The notes under the pieces are model-generated. The model had not been told where the DNA came from. It searched no databases and saw nothing but the letters and a program-made list of their open reading frames with translations. Source: Octopus vulgaris (lineage: Eukaryota). From it: a stretch of 64,000 bases of DNA. The stretch spans positions 68,634,001-68,698,000 of the forward strand of contig OX597828.1 of assembly GCA_951406725.2 (NCBI GenBank), written 5' to 3'. This document shows, one piece after another, positions 1 to 14,222 of the stretch. Position numbers and translations under genes: made by a program. Each line of letters opens with the position of its first letter. The first letter of the stretch is position 1.

Positions 1-113
1 TGTCGATTAAATAAGTACCAGTTACGCACTGGGGTCGATATAATCGACTTAATCCGTTTGTCTGTCCTTGTTTGTCCTTTCTGTGTTTAGCCCCTTGTGG
101 GAAGTAAAGAAAT
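1..113 (+). mobile_element. 3' part of tRNA-derived SINE (family B in this window)
   Basis: Near-identical to the 3' half of the full copies at 56171-56403 and 57263-57495; ends ...AAAGAAAT followed by TGGTAT. Confidence 0.85.
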
Positions 114-485
114 TGGTATATAGTACTGCTGCTTTTGACATTGCATGTATTTTCTGATCTTGATTTTTCACATGGTGATGAAATAACAGCGATAACTGAA
201 TTTGCATTTCATGTTGTCAATATACGTCATGCTGATGATGTCTCCTTGTGAATTTTTTGTAATTGGTGTCGTCATGGTGTCATCACCACCGATTTTTCCA
301 ATTGTATACATGGTATATACAATTGGAAAAATCGATTGTAGTTACAATCTACACACTTACTATGTGTATATCATGTTAATACATTGAAAAAGATATTGTT
401 TTAATTGAGACCAATTCGTGTTTTAGTTTCTACATACGAGTTGCATATGTCTTTATATGTCTACTTCTTCAGAACAACAGTTGCT

Positions 486-810
486 ATTGCAGATATTGTC
501 TTCTTTTCAATTCGCTCGTAAAGGAGAAATTATTGCAAACGCAATGCCGTGACTCCCTCTCTCTCCCTCTCTTTCTCTCGACACACTCACATGCACGCGT
601 GCTCGCGCGAATATATGACGGATTTCCGCCTGTCGAATCCCACGCAGAAGCTAGTGGCTTACCTAAGGCTATTGGTACACAGAACACGGAATTGAGCTTT
701 GTGCGAAGCGACCTTCTTCAACATACGACCAAGCCTGCCATTTTGTTAATCAGCTGAAATAGTTAAACAGATCTCACACAAACTGCAACCTTTGACCTAA
801 CTGCTACTAT
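486..810. repeat. ~320-bp segment repeated at ~3402-3730; contains a decayed SINE-like head on the minus strand
   Basis: Both copies translate to near-identical ORFs ending ...SHAEASGLPKAIGT.NTELSFVRSDLLQHTTKPAILLIS; direct sequence match. Confidence 0.8.
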
Positions 811-1053
811 AATACATGAAAATATATACGGTTTCTTTCCGTGTCTGCCAAATACTATAAATAGAAAAATATGCATACAATCATATAGAATATATAACGT
901 ATTCAAAGTTTTCTGGAAAATATATCTAAAAAGGATGGCTTACTGAGAATGATATTCTATCAGATCGAAGACAGATTTGTTATCGATCTAAACAACAACA
1001 ACAACAATACGTCATCATTGATTTATTGTTAGTTATATTTCGAATTACATATA

Positions 1054-1944
1054 CAGGGTGCGGTTAATATATTGTCGTGTAAAGTACGCAAAAATGAAAA
1101 TAAAACTGGGATCTCATTTTAACAGATATATTTACCAAAATTACATAAAAATGTCTTGAAATACTAAAGAGCAAATTTATTCAATGAAATCGCCATTAGC
1201 TTCGACCATGGCCTGCAGACGACTTCGGAATCTCCTGAAACTCTTCTGGACGATCTCCTCATTCAAGTTGGTCAGAACTGTCATAATCGTTGCCTTCAGT
1301 TCATCTTTAGTGTTACAAGGAGTTTTGTTGGTCTCTTGCTCAACTGCACCCCCCACATAATAATCAAGAGGGTTGCAGTCTGGGAATTTAGGTGGTCAGA
1401 CGTTAGGGGTGATGTGGTTGCAGAAATTGTCTGACAGTCATCACTGGGTTCTCTTGCCTATGTGGCATGGTGCAGAGTCCTGTTGCCAGACACAGGGTCT
1501 TCCAGCAGCAACCCTGTTGACTTAGGGCAGCACTATCTCCTCCAGGAACTTGATGTAGGTCTCCGTGTTGAGTCTGAGGCGTATGGGGAGATGAATAGAG
1601 ATACAACGTCACCATCACTATTGATGGCGACGTGGTATTACCAAACATCATGATGTTGACTAGATGCCTGATTTTTTTTATCATACTCGGTACTTGCACT
1701 GTCCTCAGTTCGACAACCAAACACTCTGAAATGCTAGTATTGGAGCTTCTTGTGCGAATGCCAAGCAATACAGCATGTCGTTTCCAAATTTCTGGTAGAG
1801 TAAATTACGTCATGGTGTTGTTCTTCTCACAAACGATGCCCAAGTGACCCTACTATACTGTGTGGTTGACAAAATAAAAAATATATATAAACAATGCGCG
1901 AAGTTAAAAATATGAAATGGCGACAATTTACCCACCGCATCCTG
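1054..1944 (-). mobile_element. Internally deleted, decayed Tc1/mariner DD37D (maT-like) transposon with TIRs
   Basis: TA|CAGGGTGCGGTTAATATATTGTCG ... CGACAATTTACCCACCGCATCCTG|TA imperfect TIRs; frameshifted transposase (KIRHLVNIMMFG; PPKFPDCNPLDYYVWG); homologous to 30762-31475. Confidence 0.88.
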
Positions 1945-2039
1945 TATATGGGGGCACCACAATCTTTTAAGTTCTTAGGGCCTGTATGGGCCTTAACCCG
2001 GCCCTGTACATGCGCACACGTGCGTATGTATTAATTCAC

Positions 2040-2186
2040 CTCCAGTGTTGGTTTGTTTATGCCCCTGTAAATTAGCGGTTCGGCAAAAGAAATTGTTACA
2101 ATAAATACTAGATTCAAAAAGAAAAGTAAGGTTGATTTGTTGATCTAAGCCTGGCCGCAGTTCAATGACTGAAAGAAGTAAAAGAA
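2040..2186 (+). mobile_element. 3' half of SINE family A
   Basis: TTAGCGGTTCGGCAAAAGA...GGCCGCAGTTCAATGACTGAAA...GTAAAAGA matches the full copy at 33949-34360. Confidence 0.7.
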
Positions 2187-2839
2187 GAAGAAAGAAAAAC
2201 TAAAGATACGCACATTTATACATACATGGACACGCACACACACACACACATACATACACACACACACACATACACACATATACACGAACACACACACAGA
2301 CACACGCACGCACGCACGCACAGGAGAATAATGGAAATGTTGATGATTAACAACTGAGCGAAGGTGGTGAGAATGAATGAAGACGGTGTAATGGGAGGGA
2401 ACTTGGTCTGGTCATTATAGAAATGAATACAGTAAGCCATCCTTTCTAGATATATTTTCCAGGAAAACTTTGAATACGTTATATATTATATAAAGGAGTA
2501 CATGGTAGAGATGATGATGATATCACCAACTCCTATGTATTTTTGTGTATTTTTACACAGTTCGAAGAATTACCGTACAGTTGTTACTTAAGGTGCATAT
2601 GTTTGGCTATCAGAGATAATATCAGCTGACTTCTGGCTATCAGACAAATTCAATATGGCTGCTCAGCTAGAACACTTCTCACAGTCGCCTTATTGAAGTT
2701 ATGTAATGAATCGAAAACTGCGCATCTCTGTTAAAGATTCGTTTATAGCTGCTGACGATGAAACTGTTGATCCAAAGAACTATATAAAGACATACGCAGC
2801 TCTACCATCAATATTAAGTATGTCTCTCAAACTCTTTTA

Positions 2840-2988
2840 TGTATGCGTGTATGTATTTATATATTAACACAAACACACACACACACACACACATATATAT
2901 ATTTATATATAAATACATACATATATATATTCATATATAAATACACACACATACACACATATATATATGTATACATATACATATATAT

Positions 2989-3034
<46 letters not shown>

Positions 3035-3051
3035 TGCATATATATATTTAT

Positions 3052-3121
<70 letters not shown>

Positions 3122-3290
3122 CATGTATACTTATATATGTATATACATATATATATATACATACATGCATATATATATATATGTATGTATGTATATATAT
3201 TTATATACTCGCATGCGAATGCGAATACACACCACGCACACACACACATACACACATCTACACCACGTATGCACACGCACATATATATAC
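2840..3290. repeat. Compound (TA)n/(CA)n microsatellite
   Basis: Direct reading; source of the YIYI/HTHT pseudo-ORFs. Confidence 0.95.
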
Positions 3291-3401
3291 ATGGCATTCG
3301 AACGCATTGGCTCTCAACGCTAAGTCTCCTCGTCTGAGGATTGCCTCTGGATATGATGACGTGAAGTGGATTCAGCTAATATAAGACTGCAAATTTCATC
3401 C

Positions 3402-3730
3402 ATCGCAGGTATTGTCTTCCTTTCAATTCGCTCGTAAAGGAGAAATTATTGCAAACGCCATGCCCTGACTCTTTCTCCGTCCTTCCCTTTCTCTCTCGAC
3501 ACACTCACATGCGCACGCATAATGCGCGCGCGCGCGTACACGACGGATTTCCGTCTCCCAAATCCCACGCAGAAGCTAGTGGCTTACCTAAGGCTATTGG
3601 TACACATAACACGGAATTGAGCTTTGTACGAAGCGACCTTCTTCAACATACGACCAAGCCTGCCATTTTGTTAATCAGCTGAAATGGTTAAGCAAATCTC
3701 ACACAAACTGCAATATTTGATCTAATTGCT
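3402..3730. repeat. Second copy of the 486-810 segment
   Basis: Direct match (CCACGCAGAAGCTAGTGGCTTACCTAAGGCTATTGGTACAC...). Confidence 0.8.
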
Positions 3731-5046
3731 AATCTAATATATTAAAATAAACTGACCAGGGGTTGTTTTTTTCTTGGTTGCTTCGATGTTGTCATAATCG
3801 TATCATGTATTAAATATCATCGCCAATACAGCTGTGATTAGGTATATGTTTATACACACAACATATGCATAACAAAATTATATCTACGCTCATACTCGGA
3901 TACATGCATACACACACACTCACATACATATAGACACACACATACACACAACTGCATACGCACGCAGACAGCTATAGAGGCAGAAATACATATAAACACA
4001 AATAAAACTCTCGTGTACACACCCATATACAAAGCAAATTGTACATACATACACATACAAATATAGAGACATAAACACGGATAAAACTACACATAGTCAC
4101 ACTCGTCTGCACACATACTCACACATACTTACATATATACATACACACACACATAGTTATGATTACATAAATACATACACCCACATACACACGCATATCT
4201 AGAAACAATCTCGGATACATACGCAAAACTATATAAAGGGAACGTACTGGCACGTATACATACAGAAGCACAAAGTCACCCATATATACATACCCACGTA
4301 CACAGGTAGAGACAGACAAAGACCCGTAGAGAACGTTCGAGACGTGATCGATCGTTTAATGATTTAACATATTTCATATTTTTTTTTCATTGCATTGACG
4401 ACAATTGCAAAATAAATATTCTGTCAATCTCAGGCAGTTATTGACTTCCATAAATTATCGTCTGCCTCATCCAATTTTTCTCACTCACTCGCACAATATT
4501 TCCGCCTCTGCTCCCCTCTCTCTCTCTGTATACATCAATCTTTCTTTACTCCCCCTTTCTCTCTGTATACATCTATCTTTCTTTACTCCCCCTCTCTCGT
4601 TTGCTCAGTGGATGACGATGTCTTTCTGTGCAACAGTTTTTGTTATTCGAGTTATTTTTCCTCTGATTCTGTTTTAAGCTGACAGAGAAGATTAATGTGA
4701 CAGTATGTTGGAGATCAGCCAGCGAGTAAACTACTCTTTTGTGTAGAAATTCTTTCGTCGAATTAAAGGCGTATAGGTAGATATCGGCTTGAGAAATCGA
4801 AACAATAGAGGTAAATATATACTCCCGCTTCTATGGCTCTCCGCCATTGCAATTCTAGCCAACAGATCGATGCCTGATAAACATAAATAAACAAATAAAT
4901 AAATAAGCCTTGCAGATCCGATCGGTTGTTAACGTGTCTGTATCCACACTACACAATGTGTGTGTGTGTGTGTGTCAATGGATGTGTGTGTATGTGTGTG
5001 TGTGTGTCTATGGATGTGTGTGTATATATTACGTATATGTATATAC

Positions 5047-5174
<128 letters not shown>

Positions 5175-6523
5175 CTTTCTGTTCACACACACACACACAT
5201 ATGAAAACATACGCACATATAATTTCGTTAAATGTACATTATTTTTTATCTAAAATTTTAATACAAAATACATATGTAGATATTCAGTGCTATTAATATT
5301 GGCATAAATTATATGCGGATATAATATATTCCCATATATATTTGCACTTGCATACATATTATATATGTACACATGTGTGTCTGTGTGTTTATATGCGCGG
5401 GGGTGTGTACGTGCGTGTGTGTATATAAACGATATTCTTCTGAATAACTGTTCATTGATTTTAATTTTATTTACCATGAAATCGTTGATTTTCTACATAT
5501 TTCTTATAACCAAACAGTTCAATATCATCTTTTATGATGTAAACTTAAAAAAAACGTATAACTGTTCAGGTTAAGTTGTTGCCAAAGTCAACGTGACGAA
5601 AAACTCTTTGACGTCAGAAGACTGACTGTAATAGTAATTTTTAGTCTATATTTTCTTTCCCTTCGCGTTTTTATAGTCCAATTATCGTAAATTTCAACAA
5701 CGTATCTTTCTTTTTCTTGTATTTTTCATAAGAAAATTTGGCAACAATAGGCATAAGATCTAATTCAGCTTTTTCATAATCACATGAATGACGAATTATT
5801 ATTTTCTATGGAATTCTCAAGACAAATCAACATTCACTAAGGCAAACAACAGAACCAAGAGTCTATTAATAAACAACGACATAGATAGATATATTTTTAG
5901 AAAACATAACAACTGGGTTTGGCTGTATGCTCGTTTAATTTCAGTTGCTCTACTTAACTTTTCTTAAGTCATTATATTTTAAGATTAAAAAGGAAATCCA
6001 TTTATTTTATGAACAATAAGTTGCTTGTAAGTTTTTGACAGGTCAAACACTGGAGTATTGCATTTCCGATGTCGACAGAGAGAAGGAAGTCTCAGTACAG
6101 CTTCGATGGAGCAAATAATAGAAAGTACTTTTGTTCGAAGGCAATGATTTATCGGCTGATTCACCTATGTGCACATCCTTCATGGCAAAAGTCATAAGAC
6201 CTTAGATGAGAATCAAAAAGTGATAGGATAACTGTTTCAAAACCCCCAGATTACAATATCCAGATTACAAATTCGTATCTATACCAATAATAATTGGCGC
6301 ACTTGGTTTTGTGAGTAAAAATCTGATAGTCTGGATAAGCTTGGATTTTCAGAAAAAGAAATCAGCCAACTGACTCCCACGTTACAAATTCAGTCTGTAA
6401 GGGAAACAGTAAAACTCTGCAAGACTTTTCTCAAGTTTAAAATGTGACACTGTTTTCATTATCCTCATTCCAACACTGGAGCTTTGTACTTATGCTAGAA
6501 ACCAACCCCTTCCTCAAATAATT

Positions 6524-6960
6524 AAGATGGGTCTGCCAAGATGCCTGATAACCGTCTCCCGAAAATAGTCTTCTTCGGAGAGCTATCAACCGGTGTTCAC
6601 CTGCAAGGGGGACCCAAGAAAAGGTTTAAGGACGATCTTAAGCTTGTCCTCGATTCCTGAAACAGTCAACCGGTACAACTTGAACATCTCGCCCGGAACT
6701 GACAAACCTGCGACGAAGGAGCTGCACACTTTGAACTAATCCGGCGTGAGAAACTTCAGGAAAAGAGACGTCGACTTCATCTCAGACTCACCAACAACAT
6801 AATGGGCAACTTCCCTTGTCATCTGTGCTCAAGGACATGCCATTCCAGGATCGGACTGTTTTCACATATATCAACTTACAAAATATAGGATAAGACTCCT
6901 GGAGGACAATATCGTCGTCAAAATTGACGGACAACCATAAGCAAGTAAGCAAAGTAAGAC
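6524..6960 (+). mobile_element. 3' end of RTE-clade LINE (decayed ORF C-terminus plus tail)
   Basis: Reads MPDNRLPKIVFFGELSTG...GGPKKRFKDDLK...FPCHLCSRTCHSRIGLFSH with internal stops, a typical RTE/BovB-like C-terminus; short (TAAGCAAG)-type tail. Confidence 0.85.
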
Positions 6961-7638
6961 CTACAGCAAACGGAAATTTAACGACATCAACTTCACCGAT
7001 GTCGTAGCCTATTCACTAATTATGGGCTCTACCTCTGTCTCCAGACTCAGCAAGTAAAATAAATAAATAAATAAATAAAGTCAATAGTTAAGAAATACGA
7101 GAGATAACTTCTCAAGACTGGAATAGTTGATATTGGAGTTTTAGTTCTCAGTAAAAAGATAATCTCAGTTAATCGGATGTATTATTTTCTAACCAGTCTA
7201 TTAGTTTATGTAATATTATGTTTATAATACTACATTAGCAGTACCTGGCGTACACAGTGCACCCCACTCCTCTGAAAGATTTTCCTCATTATGTATCAAT
7301 TATAGTTGGTCTTCTTAATTAACGCCACTATTGTCTCCTATTTCTGTATATACTAATCAGCTAATCATTTCTTCGTATTACTTCGCTGATAAAATCTAAC
7401 AAGATCAAAAACGCCCGTTACTCCCACGAGTGGGCTTTAAAGACAAAATTAACTCTTAGCTGCGATGTTTTTCATTTTTCCAAAATTTGAGTTAATTGAT
7501 ATTGTTGCAATCTTTTATATTGCTTTTATATTTAACACACTCACAATAACACCTGTCTTTTCATTGCGCTAATGATTGACAGATAATTGAAGTGTTTTTC
7601 CAATCTCAGTCTGTCATATATATATATATATATATATA

Positions 7639-7941
7639 TCACCGTGACCGACCAGGCTATCAGATGTTACTACACCATCGCTGGTCACAATACGCTTCGC
7701 ACTGTTTTAGCTTCCAAATGACGCCACCCCGCTGGTTAAGCGAGCAGGCCAACAGAAGAAAGAGTGAGAGAAAGTTGTGGTGAAAGAGTACAGCAGGGAT
7801 CGCCACCACCCCCTTCCGGAGCCTCGTTGAGCTTTAGGTGTTTTCGCTCAATAAACACTCACAACGCCCGGTCTGGGAATCGAAACCACGATCCTACAAC
7901 CGCGAGTCCGCTGCCCTAACCACTGGGCCATTGCGCCTCCA
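7639..7941 (-). mobile_element. tRNA-derived SINE family C, tail type 1
   Basis: Minus strand GGAGGCGCAATGGCCCAGTGGTTAGGGCAGCGGACTCGCGG...GGTTTCGATTCCC has A/B-box-like motifs; head shared with 18448-18749 and 31705-32041. Confidence 0.85.
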
Positions 7942-7956
7942 CACACACACACACAC

Positions 7957-8011
<55 letters not shown>

Positions 8012-8229
8012 CATGAGTGAGTGGACAAACGAAAGAAGGTTGCATTCAACATATTTTGGTAGGAGTTGCATATATTATTTAATAACACTTTGATTTAGCT
8101 CCGTGGAACTTTCGAACTAAATTCGTCAAGCATCTGGAAATAGAGTAATACTGACCCCTTTTGAACGCATCTACAACAAAAGACATATCGACCACGACCT
8201 TAGAATGGCACACACGCAAATATTAAAAA

Positions 8230-8615
8230 CTAGCAGTATCGCCCGGCGTTGCTCGGGTTTGTAAGGGAAATAACTATAAAGGATTTTTTTGAGAGTTATA
8301 GCCAAAAAATAGCAAAAAAATGGGGAAAAAAAGATGGTAAATTTTTTTTTGATAGTTAAAAAGGTCGAGTTGCATCCCCATGACCATCTGTGGTTTGTAT
8401 TTCTGATTGTCGACCCCATGTTGAATTTATCGATCTTTTTCAGAACTGGGGGAACTTTTCAAAATTTTCGCTGCGTTAGTTTTGAATTATGACATTGGGC
8501 TATGTGTGTGTCAAGTTTCATCAGAATCGGTTGAAAGCCGTGGTCAGGGTGAGGGTACAAGCAAACAGACACACAGAAACACACACAGACAAACTGCCGT
8601 TTATATATAGAGAGA
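8230..8615 (-). mobile_element. Non-autonomous Helitron (386 bp)
   Basis: Minus strand starts TC and ends CTAG, sits between A and T, and has a subterminal hairpin CCCGAGCAACGCCGGG about 10 nt before CTAG. Confidence 0.85.
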
Positions 8616-8620
8616 TGATG

Positions 8621-8990
8621 CATTCAAAAGAGGTACCCAAGAATTCATTATAAACAGTCTCAATCACTGCTATAATCCACAATGAACCACTTTTAGGTCA
8701 CTTGATAATTTAACATCCTACCACTATCACACCATCCCGCATTCTCTTATTCTTTCTCTTTTCTTTCTCCTTCTTCTTCGTCTTCTTCTTCTTCCTCTCC
8801 TCCACCTCATTCCTTACTTAACTATTACTGCTGTTTAGAATAGCACCTACGCAAATATTATAAACAATACATTCAAAGGAGATATCTCAAGAATTCAGTC
8901 GCTACTACCATTCACAACAAATCACTTTAAGGGCTCTTGACCATTTAACTTCCTATTACTATCATAGCACTCCCGCATTCTTCTTCTTCT
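8621..8990. repeat. Diverged local duplication (~130 bp, two copies at ~8621 and ~8870), each followed by a CT/CTT-rich tract
   Basis: CATTCAAA.GAG...CAAGAATTCA...CTTGA..ATTTAAC.TCCTA..ACTATCA...CCCGCATTCT occurs twice. Confidence 0.65.
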
Positions 8991-9168
8991 TCTTCTTCTT
9001 CTTCTTCTTCTTCTTCTTCACAACGACCTCGAACCCACAAGAGCAAACAAAAGAAGCAGAGAGAGGCAGAATCAAAGAAAATGCCCCTTGTATTTGAATT
9101 CTATGCAAATATTCTTTTAAAAAACTTTTCATTTAATTTTTCCAAAATTTAATTGTTTTCCATACTTA

Positions 9169-9204
9169 CAGTTGAACAAGTCTTAATGACCGAAACCGTT
9201 ACTG
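9169..9204 (+). ncRNA. Degenerate minimal type I hammerhead motif (same family as 62644-62681)
   Basis: CAG-TTGAACA-AGTC-ttaat-GACC-GAAA-CCGT-TA-CTG; about 50 bp of downstream flank is shared with the 62644 copy. Confidence 0.45.
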
Positions 9205-9507
9205 AAATGTTTTTTTTATAAAATTATTTTAGCATTTTCTATCTTGATTTTTCCATACACACACACACACACACATACAAACACATACACACACAGACAC
9301 ACAGACATACAGACACAGACACACACACACACACATATATCCTCGAACTCTATGCTTAATGTTGAGTACACTATTATAGATTGTTCATAACCTCCTTGTT
9401 ACGAACGGAAACGCCTTCGATTATACATATCGCACACGGACACACACTTACATATATACTAAAAAAGAGATACAGAAAGAGAAAGAGAGAACGCTGGAGA
9501 CAGAGCA

Positions 9508-9563
<56 letters not shown>

Positions 9564-9927
9564 AGAGAGCGGTACAGGAAATATACATCCATGAAGATGC
9601 ATAGATAGTTACGTATCTGAGACATTGTCAGAATTATATTGGTTAGTGATCTCTTCAGGAATCGATTAAAACTTCCATTAAAGTTGTTGAAAACGCCAAA
9701 GATTTCGAAGGAAATCGCCACAAAGATAAGATAATCATTGGAGACGTGGTGTAAATGGGAATATACACAACAATACATTGATAATCTAATGGGTTCTATT
9801 CAATAGTGAAGAACATGCGAGAACTATCGCCTTCAGAACTCTTCAATTTGAGCATAAAATTTACTTTACAGAATCCATTTGAATATGTACAAATTATATT
9901 TACTCAATGTTAACTCTCCCTTATCTC

Positions 9928-10313
<386 letters not shown>

Positions 10314-11543
10314 CCTTCGTTTTAATTTGGTCTTCTATTGCCAGTGTTTCAATCTTTGGTCTGTGGATAAAAGCCTATGAAAAAATCGGAAAGAAAAACA
10401 AAAACAAAAACAAATCGATAAAAATACAAAAAATATTCGTTCTCCTGTCACTCTCACTGACCTTTTCATCTGACCCTCCTACCACCATATGCACTCTGTT
10501 GCACAAATAAGAGAACTAAATAGTTTCATCTCTGTTTTGGTCAAATATACGTTGCTGAAGGAAAAACACAATATCGAATTAAATATATTATTTAGAACGA
10601 AAGAAGTGAATTCCAAAGATATGTAAAGTTTTATTAAAACCAATTTTAACGTATTTTTCCCCCTTTTTTTTCTCGACGTACAGACTTCATGTAGCAAGTA
10701 CCTTCTCTCGCTCTATTTATTGCATGTATGCACTTATCAAGGAAATGTTAAGTGAATTTCTTTGACCATTTCTCTATATTAACACAGTTAATAATATCTT
10801 TCCTATTTGAATCACGTTTATTGAACAAGCAACACCGATAAAATATTCCTGCTATTTCATTTTGTATTCAATTACGGGAAGATTTACAATGTTTTTGGTA
10901 TTTTTATCTTATGTAGCTAAATTGGACGCTTGTTATTCTCAGTATTCTCATTCTTTTTTGTTTTTTTTTCTCACAGCTGCAAGTATATAAGGAATTTTTG
11001 GACTTAACTTTAAATCCTTACTAATTTCTCTTATTGCCTTCTTTTTCTTCTTTTTGTTATTCTATGTGATTTTACTAATTAGACCTTTCTAGGATTTCTT
11101 GATTTTATTAACTAATTTGATTGCATACGTGAGATAAATAATGACTATCATATCAATAATTAAAGATGGTTGCATAAAGGTTTACCTCTGTCAAGGGTTC
11201 AATGCCTCGTCTCAACCCCAAATCATGAAATCTGTTTTTATTCCGTCATCAAAATACTAAAGCTTCTAAAAAACATAATTGTTATTCATTATGAACATCA
11301 CGTCCGTAGTTGAAACACCAGAGGCAGTTGTTGCTTTTAGCGTTGCGTTGGCTGAGGTCAGCCGTTGTTGAGGTGCTCTATAACAGGCAGGAAGTCGATT
11401 GGAGTTGCGATCCACAAGTCATCTGGATCTAATTTCTGTATGTTACTGTTTAGTCCTTGGCCATTCTTGATCGACCATACGTATGAGCAAAGAGGTTCCA
11501 ACCGTAATCATTCCATCCATTTGCATATCTAGGATTATATTAT

Positions 11544-11800
11544 ATATTGTGAAAGGTAGAAGAGTCCAGTTTGCTGGGCATTGTTGTAGAGCTGAAAACG
11601 AGGTAATTTCTACTCTTCTCCTCTGGAAGCCATCTGCTCACGATACCAGAGGGCGCACACTCTCCTACTCTGATGTAATCTCCAGGGATACAGGCATCCA
11701 GCAACAGGACCTCCGCAATGCTACGATGGACCGTGAAGTCTGGCGTAACATGGTAAATTCCATTGTCTCAATTACGGTCGAACGAAGATGATGATGATAT
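11544..11800 (+). mobile_element. 5'-truncated RTE-like LINE 3' end
   Basis: IVKGRRVQFAGHCCRAENEVISTLLLWKP...GR...MDREVWRNMV, the RTE-type R.xFAGHxxR...DRxxW pattern, followed by a (GAT)n tail. Confidence 0.8.
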
Positions 11801-11999
11801 CATCTCATGTGTCCTTTTTCGCAACACAGTAGGATTTTGAGGTAACCTGGTTGTTATTTCTCGCAAAGTGAATAACCGTGTAAAGGTTACTTCGTTTGGT
11901 TGATTCTTGTCATGAGCGAACAGACCTATGATTCGAGGGTTTCCATCCATGCGCATTCCATCTTTATATTTTTCAGCAATAGTCTTCCTTGGATTATAT

Positions 12000-13090
12000 T
12001 ATCCAATTTATTATTGTTGTATTTGGGGATGGTCATGTTGTCAGTTTAGCCAATAAAAACACACGCACTATATAGTTGGTGTTAATTTGCTTCAGCTTTA
12101 TTTTATTTTTTACATTAATCATATTTCGGCCAGAGTTCTTTCGTCACACTTCTGTGACCTCATCAGTGGTCCTTTGCTTTCTTCTTTCTTATTTGTGTGT
12201 CTTTCCTTACTAACGATCAGCCATTTTGTATTTTGTATTCCTATTGTATGTGTCTTTATTTGTGCATGCGTATACTCCTATCTGTGTCTATGTTTAGTGC
12301 GTGTTTGTAGGGGAGTGCCTGTATTATCTGTATCCCCTGTTTATACACGTTCGTTTAATTTATTTTTTATTTATTTTGTTCATGTGTTTATACCTACTTA
12401 TTATTATTATTTTTTCTTTCTTTGTTACCTTTTTTATATTCTTTCATTTTTTTTTGTATTTAATTTAATTTTGTTAACGTATATAGTTATTTAATTCCAT
12501 TGGTTTATCTGTCTATTGTATTGTATCTGTCTATTGTATTATATTTTGTTCATATTGTTATCAGTTTATGGGGATCTTATTCTGTCATATGTTGTGGTGT
12601 GTTGGGTGTGTGTGCTAGTGCTCCATTCCAGTTTCCTATTCAGGCTAGGTTTATCTTCTATTATGTGTGTAGCTTCTGTAATTTGTCTAAGCGTTGCGTC
12701 TGTTCTATGTGTGGACAAGATTTTAACATATTTGTGGTAATTCAAAGTACTAAAAAGACGCTCAGGAAACTACTCCGTTTATAAATCCCTATATACTCTG
12801 AATCCACAGCATTTACCCAGCATTGGTTTAAAATTTTGTTAAAAAGTATCCATTTTTATGGAAGTTACGAGGCATCAAAATCGGGGTACTCATCTGTAGA
12901 TATGCCAACAAAAAAGTATCCGGTGTTCACAGTAAAGAGCATTAACTCCAGATTTTACTGCTTCAGTTTGTGGAAACAAACTCCCGCCACCCGATTTACA
13001 CAAAACTTGTTTTATTCCCTTTGTATTCACATTTCAGGAATAATTTTATTTTCAGAGTAATTTCCCATTTTGCACCGGTTTGGCTGTATT
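12000..13090 (-). mobile_element. Penelope-like element 3' remnant: GIY-YIG C-terminus plus pLTR-like region with hammerhead
   Basis: Minus strand 12724-12623 reads KILSTHRTDATLRQITEATHIIEDKPSLNRKLEW, a Penelope endonuclease C-terminal pattern (R..EA.....P.LN...EW); hammerhead lies downstream; boundaries approximate. Confidence 0.7.
12128..12172 (-). ncRNA. Minimal type I hammerhead ribozyme motif
   Basis: Minus strand GGaCCA-CUGAUGA-g-GUCACA-gaag-UGUGAC-GAAA-GaaC-UC^-UGGcc: intact core, 6-bp stem II, stem I CCA/UGG. Confidence 0.7.
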
Positions 13091-13496
13091 AAATGACAAG
13101 CAAGCAATCATAGAGTTTTAGTAGTAGTAATAGTAGTAATAGTAGTAGTAGTAATAGTAGTAGTAGTAGTAGTATATATATATATATATATATATATAAT
13201 TATAATAAAGGGTAAAACTCATTAATGATTTTACCAAGGATCAGCGCGGAAATATAATCCTTATTCGTGAATTTTACAAATATTGTAATAATTATATGCA
13301 TAATTATAACAATATATATATATATATAATAGAACTATTAAAATTACTAAGTCTCTCTAAAACCTTGTTCGAAGGTTATAATGCACACAGTTTGTGTGTC
13401 AAATAGCTATCTTAAGGCGATGGCCTCATGGAGCTAATCAGCGACAGCTTTTAGTCTTATATCTATAAGACTGCCATATTAATATGGCGATAACAA

Positions 13497-13542
<46 letters not shown>

Positions 13543-13698
13543 GTATATGTGCGTGTGTGTGTGTGAGCGCACGAGTATGTATGTGTATATATATAGTATA
13601 TATATATATTAGTCTATATGTATATAGATATATTAGCGTATACGTATGTGCATATATATTTGTATAAATATATGTATGTATGTGTGTGAGTGTGTGAG

Positions 13699-13747
<49 letters not shown>

Positions 13748-14009
13748 CGTATATAAAACAAGAGAGCATTTTATTGCAATAACGAACAATATCAAGAATA
13801 ATTTCAGGTTAAGAAATATGAACAAACTTTAACAGAATCTTTGCAAATTATGAATTGATAATGAAGTGGATAGGTTTGTTTTCGCAGTCTTGGAGAAAAC
13901 CAGAAATTTAAATGACATGATGTGGCGGTCTTTGCATGTAAAACCCAAATGTAGGAGGAACTATTGTTGTATTGAAGCAATATCAAGGTTATTATTAAAT
14001 TACGAATTA

Positions 14010-14222
14010 AGGCCACGAGCTGGCAGAATCGTTAGCACGCCGAGAAGAAATGCTTAGCGGCATTTCGGCCGTTAAAATCCGAGATAAATCCGCCGTTGCC
14101 GAATTTGTCTATCATCCATTCAGGGTCAATAAGATAAATAGCAGTAGAGCACTGGGGTTGATATGATTGACTTGTACCTTACCCTGAAATTGCAGGCCTT
14201 TTGTCAAAATTTGAAACCATTA
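14010..14222 (+). mobile_element. Diverged SINE family B-related copy
   Basis: GAGCTGGCAGAATCGTTAGCACGCCG...AAATGCTTAGCGGCATTTCG...CACTGGGGTTGAT. Confidence 0.7.

Noticed and set aside
2745-2790. CTGACGA-TGAA...TCCA-AAGAAC hammerhead-like string
   Set aside because: GAAA and the stems are too degraded to call; at most a relic
7860-7941. tRNA-like sequences (also ~18670-18749, ~31965-32041 and the heads of SINE families A and B)
   Set aside because: They continue into shared SINE bodies and lack a complete cloverleaf; these are SINE heads, not tRNA genes
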